A stretch of DNA of 64,000 nucleotides from an uncultured Chloroflexia bacterium (lineage in GTDB: Bacteria; Chloroflexota; Limnocylindria; Limnocylindrales; CSP1-4). The DNA lies in NCBI GenBank assembly GCA_963776925.1, contig CAVZON010000002.1, forward strand, positions 58-64,057, read 5' to 3'. This document shows positions 27,063 through 37,789 of this stretch, in pieces (within the stretch, counting starts at the first letter, position 1; every line of letters begins with the position of its first letter). The notes beneath the pieces were generated by a model. That model was not told the DNA's origin and did no database searches. It saw nothing but the letters and a program-made list of their open reading frames with translations. The position numbers were made by a program, and so were the translations under genes.

Positions 27063-28426
27063 CGCCCGATCCCGCGGCCGCCGAGCTCGACTACCACGCG
27101 GCGCTGGCCGCCCTCGCCGACCGTGGCCGGTTCGGCATCCGTCTCGGGCTGGGCCGCACGCGCGCCCTCCTCCACGCGCTCGGCGATCCGCAGCGCACCG
27201 TGCGCGGCGCGCTCGTCGCGGGCACGAACGGGAAGGGCAGCGTGCTGGCCATCGCCGGCAGCGCCCTGCGCGCGGCCGGTCTGCGCGTCGGCGAGACGCC
27301 CAAGCCGCACCTCGTGTCGTATCGCGAGCGGATCGTCGTCGACGGCGAGCCGATCGGTGCCGCCGACTTCACCCGGCACGTGGCCGCCGTCCTTGCCGTG
27401 GCCGACCGCGTCGCCCGCCGGCATGGCGATCCGACCGAGTTCGAGCTGCTGACCGCGGTCGTGTTCCGGCACTTCGCCGAGTCGCGACTGGACGTGGCCC
27501 TGGTCGAGGTCGGGCTCGGCGGGCGGCTCGACGCCACGCACGCGTGGGATGGTGGCGTGGCGGCCGTCACCAACGTCGACCTCGACCACATGGACCGCCT
27601 GGGACCGACGATCGCGCACATCGCGCGCGAGAAGGCGGCGATCATCGAGCGCGGCGACCTCGCCGTGACCGGGGCGACGGGCGAGGCGCTGGCCATCATC
27701 CGGCGCCGGGCGCGACGACTCGACGTGCCGCTGCGCGTGGTCGAGCCCGCGGCGCTGCTCGCCCAGGACCGGACCGGCATCGAGGTCGAGCTGCCGCGCC
27801 TGGGCAGGACCCGCGTCGGGCTGCTGGGGCGGCACCAGGCGGCCAACGTGGCGGTCGCCGATGCGCTGCTCGACGCGCTCGATGCGGCCGGGATCGCCAC
27901 GGCCGACGACGACGCGCGGCGACGGGGCTACGCCGCTGCCCGCTGGCCGGGCCGGCTCGAGCTGCTGCCCGGACCCGACGGCGGGGATGTCCTGCTGGAC
28001 GGCGCGCACAACCCGGCCGGTGCCGCAGCCCTGGCCGCGGCGCTCGACGACCTCCGGCCGACGCTCGCGGCCGGTCCGGTGACGCTGCTCGTGGCCGCGA
28101 TGGCCGACAAGGACGTCGACGGCGTCATCGCGGCGTTGCGTGGCTCGGCGGTGGTGCGCACCGCCCGCGTCATCGCCACGAGCCTGCCCGACCTGCCGCG
28201 GGCGATGCCGGCCGACGAGCTCGCGGCGCGCTGGCGTGCAGCCGGGGCGGACACGGTGACGGCCGTCGACGATCCCGTGACCGCCCTCGACGCCGCCCAC
28301 TCGACCGACGGGACCGGGGTCCTGGTCGTGGCCGGGTCGCTCTACCTCGTCGGGGCCGTCCGCGCCCGGCTCGTCGACGACCCGGTCCTGCGCGATCCGC
28401 CGCCGCGCGCCACCATGGCGCCGTGA
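27059..28426 (+). CDS. folC: bifunctional folylpolyglutamate synthase / dihydrofolate synthase
   Basis: Mur-ligase family: P-loop VAGTNGKGS, EVGLGGRLDAT, VTNVDLDH, LLDGAHNPAGA. The upstream part of ORF 26615-28426 is non-coding read-through. Confidence 0.88.
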   Translation: MTPDPAAAELDYHAALAALADRGRFGIRLGLGRTRALLHALGDPQRTVRGALVAGTNGKGSVLAIAGSALRAAGLRVGETPKPHLVSYRERIVVDGEPIGAADFTRHVAAVLAVADRVARRHGDPTEFELLTAVVFRHFAESRLDVALVEVGLGGRLDATHAWDGGVAAVTNVDLDHMDRLGPTIAHIAREKAAIIERGDLAVTGATGEALAIIRRRARRLDVPLRVVEPAALLAQDRTGIEVELPRLGRTRVGLLGRHQAANVAVADALLDALDAAGIATADDDARRRGYAAARWPGRLELLPGPDGGDVLLDGAHNPAGAAALAAALDDLRPTLAAGPVTLLVAAMADKDVDGVIAALRGSAVVRTARVIATSLPDLPRAMPADELAARWRAAGADTVTAVDDPVTALDAAHSTDGTGVLVVAGSLYLVGAVRARLVDDPVLRDPPPRATMAP

Positions 28427-29308
28427 CCACGGCCCTCGCGCCCACCCGCATCGGTCCGGCGACGTTCACCTGGGGATCGCGGACGTACGTCATGGGCATC
28501 CTCAACCTGACCCCGGACTCGTTCTCCGGCGACGGGCTGCTCGCCGCGTCCGATCCGATCGCAGCCGCCGTCGGCGCAGGCTCGGGCGATGGTCGCCGAC
28601 GGTGCGGACCTGCTCGACATCGGCGGGGAGTCGACCCGACCGGGGCATGCCACGGTCGACGTCGATGCCGAGGCGGCCCGGGTGGTGCCGGTGGTCGCCG
28701 CCCTCCGCGCCGCCCTGCCCTCGACGCCGATCAGCATCGACACGACCAAGGCCGCGGTCGCCGAGGCGGCCCTGGACGCCGGTGCGGACCTCCTCAACGA
28801 CGTCAGCGGCACCGACCCGGACTCGCCGATCACGGCCGTCGCCGCCGCGCGCGGCGTGCCCATCGTGCTCATGCACACGCGGGCGGAGGCCCGCTACGCG
28901 GACGTCGTGGCCGAGGTCGTGGCCGACCTCCGGGCAGCGGTCGACCGGGCGACTGCCGCCGGGGTCGCAGCGGGGAACGTCATCGTCGATCCGGGCATCG
29001 GGTTCGGCAAGACCGCGGAGCACAACGTCGCCGTCCTCCACGACCTCGGCCGGCTCCGCGGGATCGGCCGGCCGATCCTGCTCGGGACCTCGCGCAAGTC
29101 GACGATCGGCAGGATCCTCGACCTGCCGGTCGAGGAGCGGCTCGAAGGGACCCTGGCGACGACGGCCCTGGGCATCGCGGCCGGCGTCGACATCGTGCGA
29201 GTCCACGACGTGCGCGCGAACATCCGGGTCGCCAGGGTCAGCGACGCCATCGTCCGTGGGACGTGGCGGGAGCGCGATGCGCACCACGGAGCTGGAGGCC
29301 CGGCATGA
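28423..29308 (+). CDS. folP: dihydropteroate synthase (one frame break ~28575)
   Basis: GILNLTPDSFSGDG, then after a frame bridge AQARAMVADGADLLDIGGESTRPG, ISIDTTK, LLNDVSG, VDPGIGFGK, LLGTSRKS. GTG 28423 overlaps the folC stop. Confidence 0.88.
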
Positions 29309-29667
29309 CCGACCGCATCGTCCTCACGAACCTGCGCTTCGAGGCGCGGCACGGCGTCCACGCCTGGGAGCGCGAGACCGCCCAGCCGTTCGAGGTCGAC
29401 GTCGAGCTCTGGCTCGACCTGCGTCCAGCCGGCGTCGCCGACGACCTGAGCCTGACCATCGACTACGGGCGGGCGTACCAGGTCGTGGCGGCCGTCGTCG
29501 ACGGTCCCTCGGTCGACCTGCTGGAGACCCTCGCCGAGCGCATCTCGCGCGACCTGCTGGCGGCGTTCCCGGTCGATGCCGTGGTCGTCCGCGTCCGCAA
29601 GCCGGCGGTCAAGCTGGCCGGCCCGCTGGACCACGCGGCGGTCGAGATCCGACGCGAGCGCGGCTGA
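29305..29667 (+). CDS. folB: dihydroneopterin aldolase
   Basis: Intact 120 aa. MTDRIVLTNLRFEARHGVHAWERETAQPFEVDVELWLDL…DYG. ATG overlaps the folP stop (ATGA). Confidence 0.88.
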   Translation: MTDRIVLTNLRFEARHGVHAWERETAQPFEVDVELWLDLRPAGVADDLSLTIDYGRAYQVVAAVVDGPSVDLLETLAERISRDLLAAFPVDAVVVRVRKPAVKLAGPLDHAAVEIRRERG

Positions 29668-29678
29668 CGCGCACGCGA

Positions 29679-29708
29679 ACGGCCGGCCCGGAGGACCGGA
29701 CCGGCCGT
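29679..29708. terminator. hairpin between convergent folB and htrA-like genes
   Basis: ACGGCCGG cccggaggaccgga CCGGCCGT: 8-bp perfect stem, 14-nt loop. Confidence 0.35.
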
Positions 29709-29730
29709 GGAGCGGCGACGGGGATGCGAC

Positions 29731-31117
29731 CTAGAAGTCGGCGGGGCGGGTCCCCAGGGTGAGCTGGATGGTCACCGTCTGGCCGTCCCGGAGGACCTCC
29801 AGCGAGACCGTCTCGTCGGGGGCGTACTGGCTCAGCGTGGCGTCGAGCGGATGCTCGTCGTCGACCGCCGTGCCGTTGATCTTGACGATGATGTCGCCGT
29901 CCTGGAGACCGGCATCGGCGGCCGGCGTCCCGGGCTGGATCGCGGGCGAGCTGCCCTCGCCGCCGCCGATCCACGCGCCGTCCTCGACCGGCAGGTCCTC
30001 TTCGGTCGCGAGCTGCTTGGTGATGGTCACGTAGCTGACGCCCATGTACGGGCGGGCCAGCTCCTTGCCCGCGACGGCCTGCTCCATGATCGGGCGGGCG
30101 ATGTTGATCGGGATGGCGAAGCCGATGCCGTTGCTGTCCCGGGCGATGGCGGTGTTGATGCCGACGACCGCGCCGTTGGCGTCGAGCAGCGGGCCACCCG
30201 AGTTGCCGGGGTTGATCGCCGCGTCGGTCTGGATGAGGTTGTTGAGGTTCTGGTTGCCGTCGGTCGTGATGCTCCGGCCCTTGGCCGACACGATGCCGCT
30301 GGTGACCGAGTTCGAGTAGGTGCCGAGCGGGCTGCCGATGGCGACGACGAGCTGTCCGACCTTGAGCGCGTCGGAGTCGCCGAGCGCGGCGGTCGGCAGG
30401 TCCGTGCCCTCGACCTTGACGATGGCGAGGTCGGTCAGGGTGTCGATGCCGTAGACGGTGCCGTTGAGGACGCCGGCCGTCGTTGAGCTCGACCTCGAGG
30501 TCCGAGCTCCCTTCGACGACGTGGCGGTTGGTCAGGATCCAGCCGGCCGCGTCGTAGATGACGCCGGAGCCGACGCCGGTCTCCGGGATGATCCCGTTGC
30601 TCGTGTCGGCGCTGCCGGAGACCGTGATCCGGACGACCGCCGGGCTGACCTTGGACGCCACGTCGATGGTGGCCGACTGCTCGTCGATGGTCACCGGCTG
30701 GCTGGCGCTGACGTTCGTGCCGCTGTTCGAGACGGGTGCCGCACCGGTGCGATCGAGCGCGCCGGTCGCGGACAGGGCGACGACGGTCCCGCCCGAGGCG
30801 AGGATCGCGGACAGCGCGGCCGCGAGGACGACGGAGCCGGTGGAGCTGCGGCCGGTCCGGCCGGCGGTGGTGGTCGTGCTGGTCGGAGGCGTCGCCACGG
30901 GCGTGGTCGACCCGGCGGACGTCACCGGGGCCGGTTCGTACCAGCGCTCCGGGGTGACGGCGGGGGCAAGCTCCGGCTCGTGGCGCGTCCAGACAGGACG
31001 CGGGTCCGGCGCCGGGGAGTAGCGGTCGACCGCGGGCTGGCCCGGCGTCACGGGGCTCGTCGGCTGGTCGTGACGTCGCGTCGCGTCGGCGTCGTCGGGA
31101 GACAGGTGGTCGGTCAT
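29731..31117 (-). CDS. htrA: HtrA/DegP-family trypsin-like serine protease with PDZ domain (frame break ~30480)
   Basis: Pro/Thr-rich N-region, TM GSVVLAAALSAILASGGTVVALSA. Triad contexts ILTNRHVV, DLAIVKV, INPGNSGGPLLD. PDZ …GLQDGDIIVKINGTAV…. Confidence 0.85.
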
Positions 31118-31181
31118 CGGGTGGGGGATCCTGTGATGGTGGGCCCGGTGAGCAGGCCGCGGTGTCCGTGGTGGTCGACCC

Positions 31182-32960
31182 TTAGGGTGCCGCCGACGGA
31201 TTCACCTGGGGGGCGTCGGACGGTGAAGTTTCCGTCATCTCGCCGTTCTCGTCCTGTGGGTCACCCGGCGCACCTTCGGCGGCTCGGCGTTCTTCGCCCT
31301 CGGCTGCGCTGGCCACGTCCGAGCGCTGGGCCGACGGCGTCCCGGCGACCGTGCGTGGGTCATCGGGCAGGCGCACGGTGAATCGCGAGCCGACGCCCGG
31401 TCCGCTCTCGACCTCGACCGACCCGCCGTGGATGTCGACGATCGAGCGGACGATGGCCAGGCCCAGGCCGCTGCCGCTGCCACGGGCCTCGTTGGCGCGC
31501 GAGCCGCGATAGAACCGCTCGAAGATGTGCGGCAGCTCCGCGGCGTCGATGCCGACCCCGCTGTCGGTCACGTCGATGCGGGCCCCGTCCGGCGTCGCGG
31601 CCACGGTCACGCGGACGGTGCCGCCACGCGGCGTGAACTTGACCGCGTTGCCCACGAGGTTGGCCACGACCTGGCCGATGCGCGGTGGGTCGTGGCGGAT
31701 GCGGACCGGGCGTCGCGGGCAGGTCGACCTGGAGGATGACGCCGCGCCGGGCCGCGACCGCATCGAGCTGATGGGCGGCCGATTCGACCGCCGCGCGCAG
31801 GTCGTCCGGACGCAGGTCGAGCAGCACCAGGCCCGGAGTCGAGCTTGGACAGCTCGAGCAGGTTCTGGGCGAGCCAGTCGAGCCGCTCGATCTGGCCGGC
31901 GCTCGACTCGAGGAACTCGGCGCGAGCGTCGGGGTCGTCACCGGCGCCCTCCATCAGGAGCTGGTTGAACGTGCGCAGGGCGGCCAGCGGCGTGCGCAGC
32001 TCGTGCGACACGTCGGCCAGGAAGTCGCGGCTGCGGTCGCTGTCGCGGCGGATGATCTCGACGCTCTCCTGGAGTCGATCGGCCATGGTGTTGAACTGGA
32101 CCGCGAGCTCGCCGATCTCCGACGAGCCGGTCTTGAGCGGCGATGTCGGCACGCGTTGTCCGAGATCGCCCTCGGCGATCGCGCGGGACGCGTCGGTCAG
32201 CTGGCGCAGCGGGGTCGTGAACCGCCGGGCGAGCGCGGCCGAGACGACGACCGACAGGCCGAGCGCGAACAGCCCGATCGCGGCGAGCAGGCCGGTCACG
32301 TTGGCGATCGCCGCACGGCGGTAGGTGTACGGATCCTCGAGGGTGACCCGAACCGTGTACTGCTGGGTCACGACGCCCCCGGCGAAGTAGTCCGCCCAGG
32401 CGATGTCCTCGCGGCTCTGGCCCTCGCTCGGCGGGCGACTGCAGCGGCATGACGAAGTGGCCGTCGTCGGCGGGCACGAACGTGCCGCTCGTCTCGCCAC
32501 CGGGCACGGTCAGGCCGAAGTCGAGGACGACGTCGGCCTGGCCCAGCCGGTCGGCGATGAACTGCTCGTTCTCGGGGTCGGACAGGAAGGCCACGACGGC
32601 CGGGTCGAGCATCGCCGTCCGCGCCGACCGACCGGGGCGCCCGGCCCGACCTGCGCCTCGACGCCAAGGACGACGTAGACCGCGACGGTCTGCCCGCGGC
32701 TCTCGAGGTCGGCGCTGCTGCTGCTGGGTGAAGAAGTCGTCGAGTCGGTTGAGGACGAGGACGCTGACCAGGCCGAGGGTCAGGGCGATGACCGCGACGA
32801 AGGCGACGGTGAGCCGACCCTGGAAGGTCCTGGGCATGAGGCGGCGGACCTGGCGACGGGCGCGGGCCAGCCAGCCGTCGAAGCGGCGACCGAACGATCG
32901 CCCCGGTCCGGGTCCCGTCCCTGCGCCGGCCTCAGCGCTCGGCGAAGGCGTAGCCGACAC
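31182..32960 (-). CDS. sensor histidine kinase with HAMP domain (several frame breaks; start 32960 or 32836)
   Basis: TM FQGRLTVAFVAVIALTLGLVSVLVL, second TM + HAMP (…ALARRFTTPLRQLTDASRAIAEGDLGQRV…), H-box FLADVSHELRTPLAAL, N-box VVANLVGNAVKFTP, G-boxes VTDSGVGI and GSGLGLAIV. Confidence 0.8.
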
Positions 32961-33630
32961 CCCGCACCGTCAGCACGAACACCGGGGTGGCCGGGTCGTC
33001 CTCGATCTTCTCGCGCAGGTGGCTGACGTGGACGTTGATCGTCTTCTCGTCCTGGTCGAGGGCCTCGTAGTCGCGCAGCAGCTCGAGCAGCTCGCTGCGC
33101 GTGTAGACCCGGCCCGGCCGCGAGGCCAGGTGGCGCAGGATCTCGAACTCGGTCGGGGTCAGGCTGATGCGGCGCGCCCCGCGCTGGACCCGCCGCCGCT
33201 CGAGGTCGATGACCAGGTCGCGATGGCGGATGACCCGCCCGCCGCCGGCATCGGCGAGGTCGCCGTACGAGCGCCGCAGGAGGGCCTTGATCCGGCTCAT
33301 CAGCTCGCGCAGGCCGAACGGCTTGGTCAGGTAGTCGTCGGCGCCCAGCTCGAGGCCGATGACCTTGTCGACCTCGTCGTCCCGGGCGGTCAGCACGAGG
33401 ATCGGCATCTTGGCGCCGGCCGCACGGACGCGACGGAGGACCTCGAACCCGTCGATGCCGGGCAGGCGCACATCGAGCACGACGAGGTCGGGCGCCTCGC
33501 GAGTGGCGATCTCCAGGCCTTCCTCGCCGGATCGCGCGACCTGGACCTCGTAGCCCTCCTGCTGCAGGGCGTACTGGATGCCACGCGCGACCGCGTGCTC
33601 GTCTTCGACGATGAGGATGGTTGCTGCCAT
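32932..33630 (-). CDS. OmpR/PhoB-family response regulator
   Basis: Intact 232 aa from ATG 33630. ILIVEDE…DLVVLDVRLPGIDG…LTARD…YLTKPF. Winged helix …LTPTEFEILRHL…TVRGVGYAF. Confidence 0.92.
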   Translation of the reverse strand: MAATILIVEDEHAVARGIQYALQQEGYEVQVARSGEEGLEIATREAPDLVVLDVRLPGIDGFEVLRRVRAAGAKMPILVLTARDDEVDKVIGLELGADDYLTKPFGLRELMSRIKALLRRSYGDLADAGGGRVIRHRDLVIDLERRRVQRGARRISLTPTEFEILRHLASRPGRVYTRSELLELLRDYEALDQDEKTINVHVSHLREKIEDDPATPVFVLTVRGVGYAFAER

Positions 33631-33781
33631 GTCGGCGCGACTGTAACGCGTGGCGGTCATGTCGGCCCGACCGGGGCGCTCGTGGTACCCTGTGCGCCGC
33701 TCCGGGCGCCTCGCCACTCCGGCCCCGCCGGCGAGCCGCAGCCCGAACCACGAACCGATCACAGCCTGAGGTCCCGACCCC

Positions 33782-34477
33782 ATGTCCACCGCCCGTCCGA
33801 CGCTCGCCGCCGAGCACCGCGAGGTCACCGGCAAGCACGTCGCCCGCCTGCGCAAGGAAGGCCTCCTGCCGGCCGTCGTGTACGGCCACGGTGAGGCCTC
33901 GAGCAACGTGACCATCGATGCCCACGAGTTCGACCAGCTGCGCAAGCACACCGGCCCGAACGCCCTGGTCGACCTGTCGGTCGACGGCAAGAAGGCCCAG
34001 CCCGTGCTGATCAACAGCGTCCAGGTGCATCCGGTCCATCGCCGCCCGCTCCACGCCGACCTGTTCCTGGTCCGCATGACCGAGGAGCTGACCGTCGACG
34101 TGCCGCTCATCCCGACCGGCGAGTCGGTCGCGGTCGCGCAGCTCGGTGGCACGCTGCTGCACCCGACCGAGACGGTTCGCGTCAGGGCCCTGCCCGATCA
34201 CCTGCCGCAGTCGATCGAGTACTCCATCGAGTCGCTGGTCGACTTCGACGGGACGATCCTCGTCAGCGCCCTGACCATCCCCGGCGACGTGACCCTGTTG
34301 ACCGACGGCGAGGAGATCATCGCCAAGGTCCAGCCGCCGCGCGTCGAGGTCGAGGAAGTCCCGGTCGTCGCCGAGGGCGAGGAAGGTGCCGAGGGCGAGG
34401 AAGGTGCCGAGGGCGCGGCCGCCGAGGGTGCCAGCGCCGAGGGCGGCTCGGGCGCGTCCGGCTCGGACGAGGGCTAG
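33782..34477 (+). CDS. rplY: 50S ribosomal protein L25 / general stress protein Ctc (long form)
   Basis: Intact 231 aa. …GKHVARLRKEGLLPAVVYGHG…VDGKKAQPVLINSVQVHPV…LHADL…, acidic Gly/Ala/Glu tail. Confidence 0.9.
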   Translation: MSTARPTLAAEHREVTGKHVARLRKEGLLPAVVYGHGEASSNVTIDAHEFDQLRKHTGPNALVDLSVDGKKAQPVLINSVQVHPVHRRPLHADLFLVRMTEELTVDVPLIPTGESVAVAQLGGTLLHPTETVRVRALPDHLPQSIEYSIESLVDFDGTILVSALTIPGDVTLLTDGEEIIAKVQPPRVEVEEVPVVAEGEEGAEGEEGAEGAAAEGASAEGGSGASGSDEG

Positions 34478-35441
34478 TCGGCCCGCACCGCGCGTCCGGG
34501 TAGGAGCTCTCCGACCCCGGACAGGATCTCGAGGAAGGCCGCGACCGGGCCGGTCATCGCGCCCAGGTCGCGTCGTCGGATGGCCGTGATGCGGCGCCGG
34601 ATCGGCGCCGCGCCGCGCATCGGGATGGCCACGAGTCGCCCGTCGCGGACTTCGCCGGCCACGGCCGTCGACGGGAGCAGCGCGATCCCGAGGCCCTTCC
34701 CGACCATCTGCTTGGCGGCATCGATGTTGTCCAGCTCCATGACGCCGTCGGGAGTGACGCCCGCGCTGCGGAAGAGGGCATTGGTCAGGTCGTAGTAGCT
34801 CGACGTCCGGTCGAACAGGATGAGCCGTGCCCCGGCGACGTCCTCGACCGACGACCCGGCCATGCCCCGCCAGGGGATGGGATCGGATGCGCCACGAGCA
34901 CCAGCTCGTCCTCGTACAGCGGCACGCTCTCGATGTCGCGGTGGCGCAGCTCGCGGACCAGGCCAAGGTCGATCTCGCGGCGCAGTGCCATCGCCAGGAT
35001 CTCCTCCGAGTGCCCGGTCCGGACGACGAGCCGCACCCGCGGATGCCGGTCGACGAAGCGGACGAGCAGGGCCGGCAGGACGTACGTGCTGACCGCCGGC
35101 GCGGCGCCGAGGACGAGCTCGCCGGTCCCACCCTGGCCGAGGTCGCGGACCAGGCTCGCGCCCTCGTCCAGGGCGATGACGGCACGTTCGGCGTACGGCA
35201 GGAACGCCCGTCCCGCGTCGGACAGGGTCATGCCCCGGCGGCCGCGGAGGAACAGCGCCTGGCCGAGCTCCGACTCGAGCGCCTGGACGCGCGCCGTCAG
35301 CGCCGGTTGCGACACGTGCAACGCTTCGGCAGCCCGGCTCAGGTTCCCCTGGCGGGCGATCTCGAGGAACGCTTCGACCTGCGACGTGAGCACCGTGCGA
35401 TGGTACGACGTGGTATCGATCACGTCGATGGCTGACATCAC
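34474..35441 (-). CDS. LysR-family transcriptional regulator (frame breaks ~34860-34900)
   Basis: HTH FLEIARQGNLSRAAEALHVSQPALTARVQALE. The substrate-binding half continues in another frame (…ARLILFDRTSSYYDLTNALFRSAGVTP…GLGIALLPSTAV…). Divergent from the isocitrate lyase locus. Confidence 0.85.
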
Positions 35442-35520
35442 GACAAGCGATTGGACTGATACGTTGCGACCGGCCTAGGCTCCCGCTCCGACCCAAGCCG
35501 TCGAACGCGAGGAGGCCACG

Positions 35521-35768
35521 ATGAGTCCGACCGCCGTCCCGACCCGCATCACCATCGACTTCCGTGACGCGCTCCATCCGTCGCGGACGTGGATCCTCGG
35601 CATCGGGGACGAGGGCGAGCCCGGGTCGACCTGCTGGCCTTCGACGGGGCGCTGGGCGCGACCCTCGCCGGCCCGGTGCCGACCCGCCTGCAGCGGTCAC
35701 GAGCCACGGCGCTCTCGGCGGACTGCGCCTGCCCCGACTTCTGCGAGCGCGACCACGCCAACGAGTGA
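35521..35768 (+). CDS. small hypothetical protein upstream of isocitrate lyase (one frame break ~35620)
   Basis: MSPTAVPTRITIDFRDALHPSRTWILGIGDEGE… joins a second frame …VDLLAFDGALGATLAGPVPTRLQRSRATALSADCACPDFCERDHANE*, stop 35766-35768. No family recognised. Confidence 0.35.
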
Positions 35769-35778
35769 GGCACCGGTG

Positions 35779-37789
35779 ATGACGACCGCCAGCGATCCCG
35801 ACCTGGCAACGCTCGAGCCAGTGGATGGGCGGACCGCGCTTCCGCGACACCGAGCGGCTCCATACGGCGCGCGACGTCGCCGAGCAGCAGGGCACGATCC
35901 CGATCGACCACGCCGTGGCCCGAGGCGCGGCCGAGGGCTTCCACGCGTTGCTGCGCGAGCGGTTCGTCGAGGGCCGGGCCATCACGACGTTCGGTCCGTA
36001 CTCGCCAGGGCAGGCCGTCGTCCAGCGCCGGCACGGCATCGAGGCCGTCTATCTCGGTGGCTGGGCGACCTCGGCCAAGGGATCGGTGCACGAGGACCCG
36101 GGACCGGACCTTGCCAGCTATCCGCTGAGCGCCGTGCCGGAGGAGGCGGCGGCGATCGTCCGGGCCCTGCTGGCGGCCGACCGCGACCAGCACTTCGCAC
36201 GCCGCCGGATGACGCCGGCGCAACGCTGCGCGACGCCCGCCGTCGACTTCCGACCGTTCATCATCGCCGACGCCGATACGGGGCACGGCGGCGACGGCCA
36301 CGTGCGCAACGTGATCCGGCAATTCGTCGAGGTCGGCGTGCCCGGCTATCACCTCGAGGACCAGCGGGCCGGCGCCAAGAAGTGCGGCCACCAGGCCGGC
36401 AAGGTCCTGGTCTCGACCGCCGAGCAGCTCAAGCGCCTCAACGCGGCCCGTTTCCAGCTCGACGTCATGGGCGTGCCCGGCCTCATCGTCGCCCGGACCG
36501 ACGCCGAGGCTGCCCAGCTCATCGACGACCCGAGCGACGAGCGCGACCGGCCGTTCATCCTCGGGGCCACCGCGCCGGACGTGCCGCCGTACCGGATCGT
36601 CGCGATCGTCGTCCAGGAGCGGCTGTTCGAGCTGGGCCTCGACGACGTGCGCGGCCACCGGCTGTTCGCGATCGGCGCGGATGACCGCGCGGCCGCGCTC
36701 GCCTGGCTCGACCGGACGGGCCTGGCCGATCGGCTCGTCTCCATGGTCGATGCCGCCTGGGCGGAGGCGGCACCGGTCGGCGAGCGCCCGGATGGCGGCC
36801 TGGTCCACGACGCGATCGACGGCCTGGTCGCCGCTCGCTGGGCTGCCGATGCGCAGCTCCGGACTCGCGCCGATGCCGGTGCGGGGCCGTGGGATCCGGA
36901 GCTGCCCCGGACACCGGATGGCTTCTACCGGATCCAGGGCGGCCTCGACCTGGCGGTCGCTCGCTCGATCGCGGCGGCGCCGTTCGCCGACCTGCTGTGG
37001 ATGGAGACCGCGACCGCTGACCTCGGCGACGCTCGCCGGTTCGCCGACGCCGTCCACGCCGTGCACCCGCGGGCGATGCTCGCCTACAACCTGTCTCCCT
37101 CGTTCAACTGGGACACGACCGGCATGGACGACGCGGCGATGCGCCGCTTCCCGGCGGAGCTCGGTGCGCTCGGGTTCGTGTTCACGTTCATCACCTACGG
37201 CGGGCACCAGATCGATGGCCTGGCCGCCGAGGAGTTCAGCACGGCGCTCCGCCGCGACGGGATGCTCGCGCTGGCCCGGCTGCAGCGTCGGCTCCGGCTC
37301 CTCGAGTCGCCGTACCGGACACCGCAGGCGCTCGTCGGCGGGGCGCGGGGCGATGCCGCACTCCTGGCGACGTCGGGCCGGACCGCCGCGACGCGGGCGA
37401 TGGGCGCCGCCTCGACCCATCGGCAGCATCTCGTCGCCATCGAGCCCACGACCGCCGACCTCGAGGAGGAGTTGCGCGGCTGGGCGATCCGCCACGCGGT
37501 GCCCGTCCCGCTGACGATCGAGCTCCGCCCAGCCGACGCCTGGTCCGACCGAATGCTGTTGACGATCGAGGACGCCCAGGGGCACGCCCTCGCCGGCGTC
37601 GAGGCGGTCGCCGTCGACGATGTGCCCGGCCGGCGGCTCGTCGTCCTGCGGCGGGACATCGACATCGACCGCGGTACGGCCGAGCTCCTCGAGGCGATGA
37701 CCGGGTTCCTGGCCCGGCACGGTCGGGTCGACGCCGTCGATGACGCCGCCCCGGTCGATCAGCCGTCCGAGCGGATCCCCGTCGCGTAG
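35779..37789 (+). CDS. aceA: isocitrate lyase, long form with C-terminal extension (frame break ~35820)
   Basis: …[16 protein letters not shown]…, [11 protein letters not shown], signature [15 protein letters not shown], …[12 protein letters not shown]…. An internal insertion (~36560-36900) and about 130 extra C-terminal residues compared with ~430-aa ICLs. Confidence 0.85.

Noticed and set aside
35549-37720. 723-aa minus-strand ORF.
   Set aside because: It is antisense to isocitrate lyase, which has the diagnostic KKCGH signature on the plus strand.
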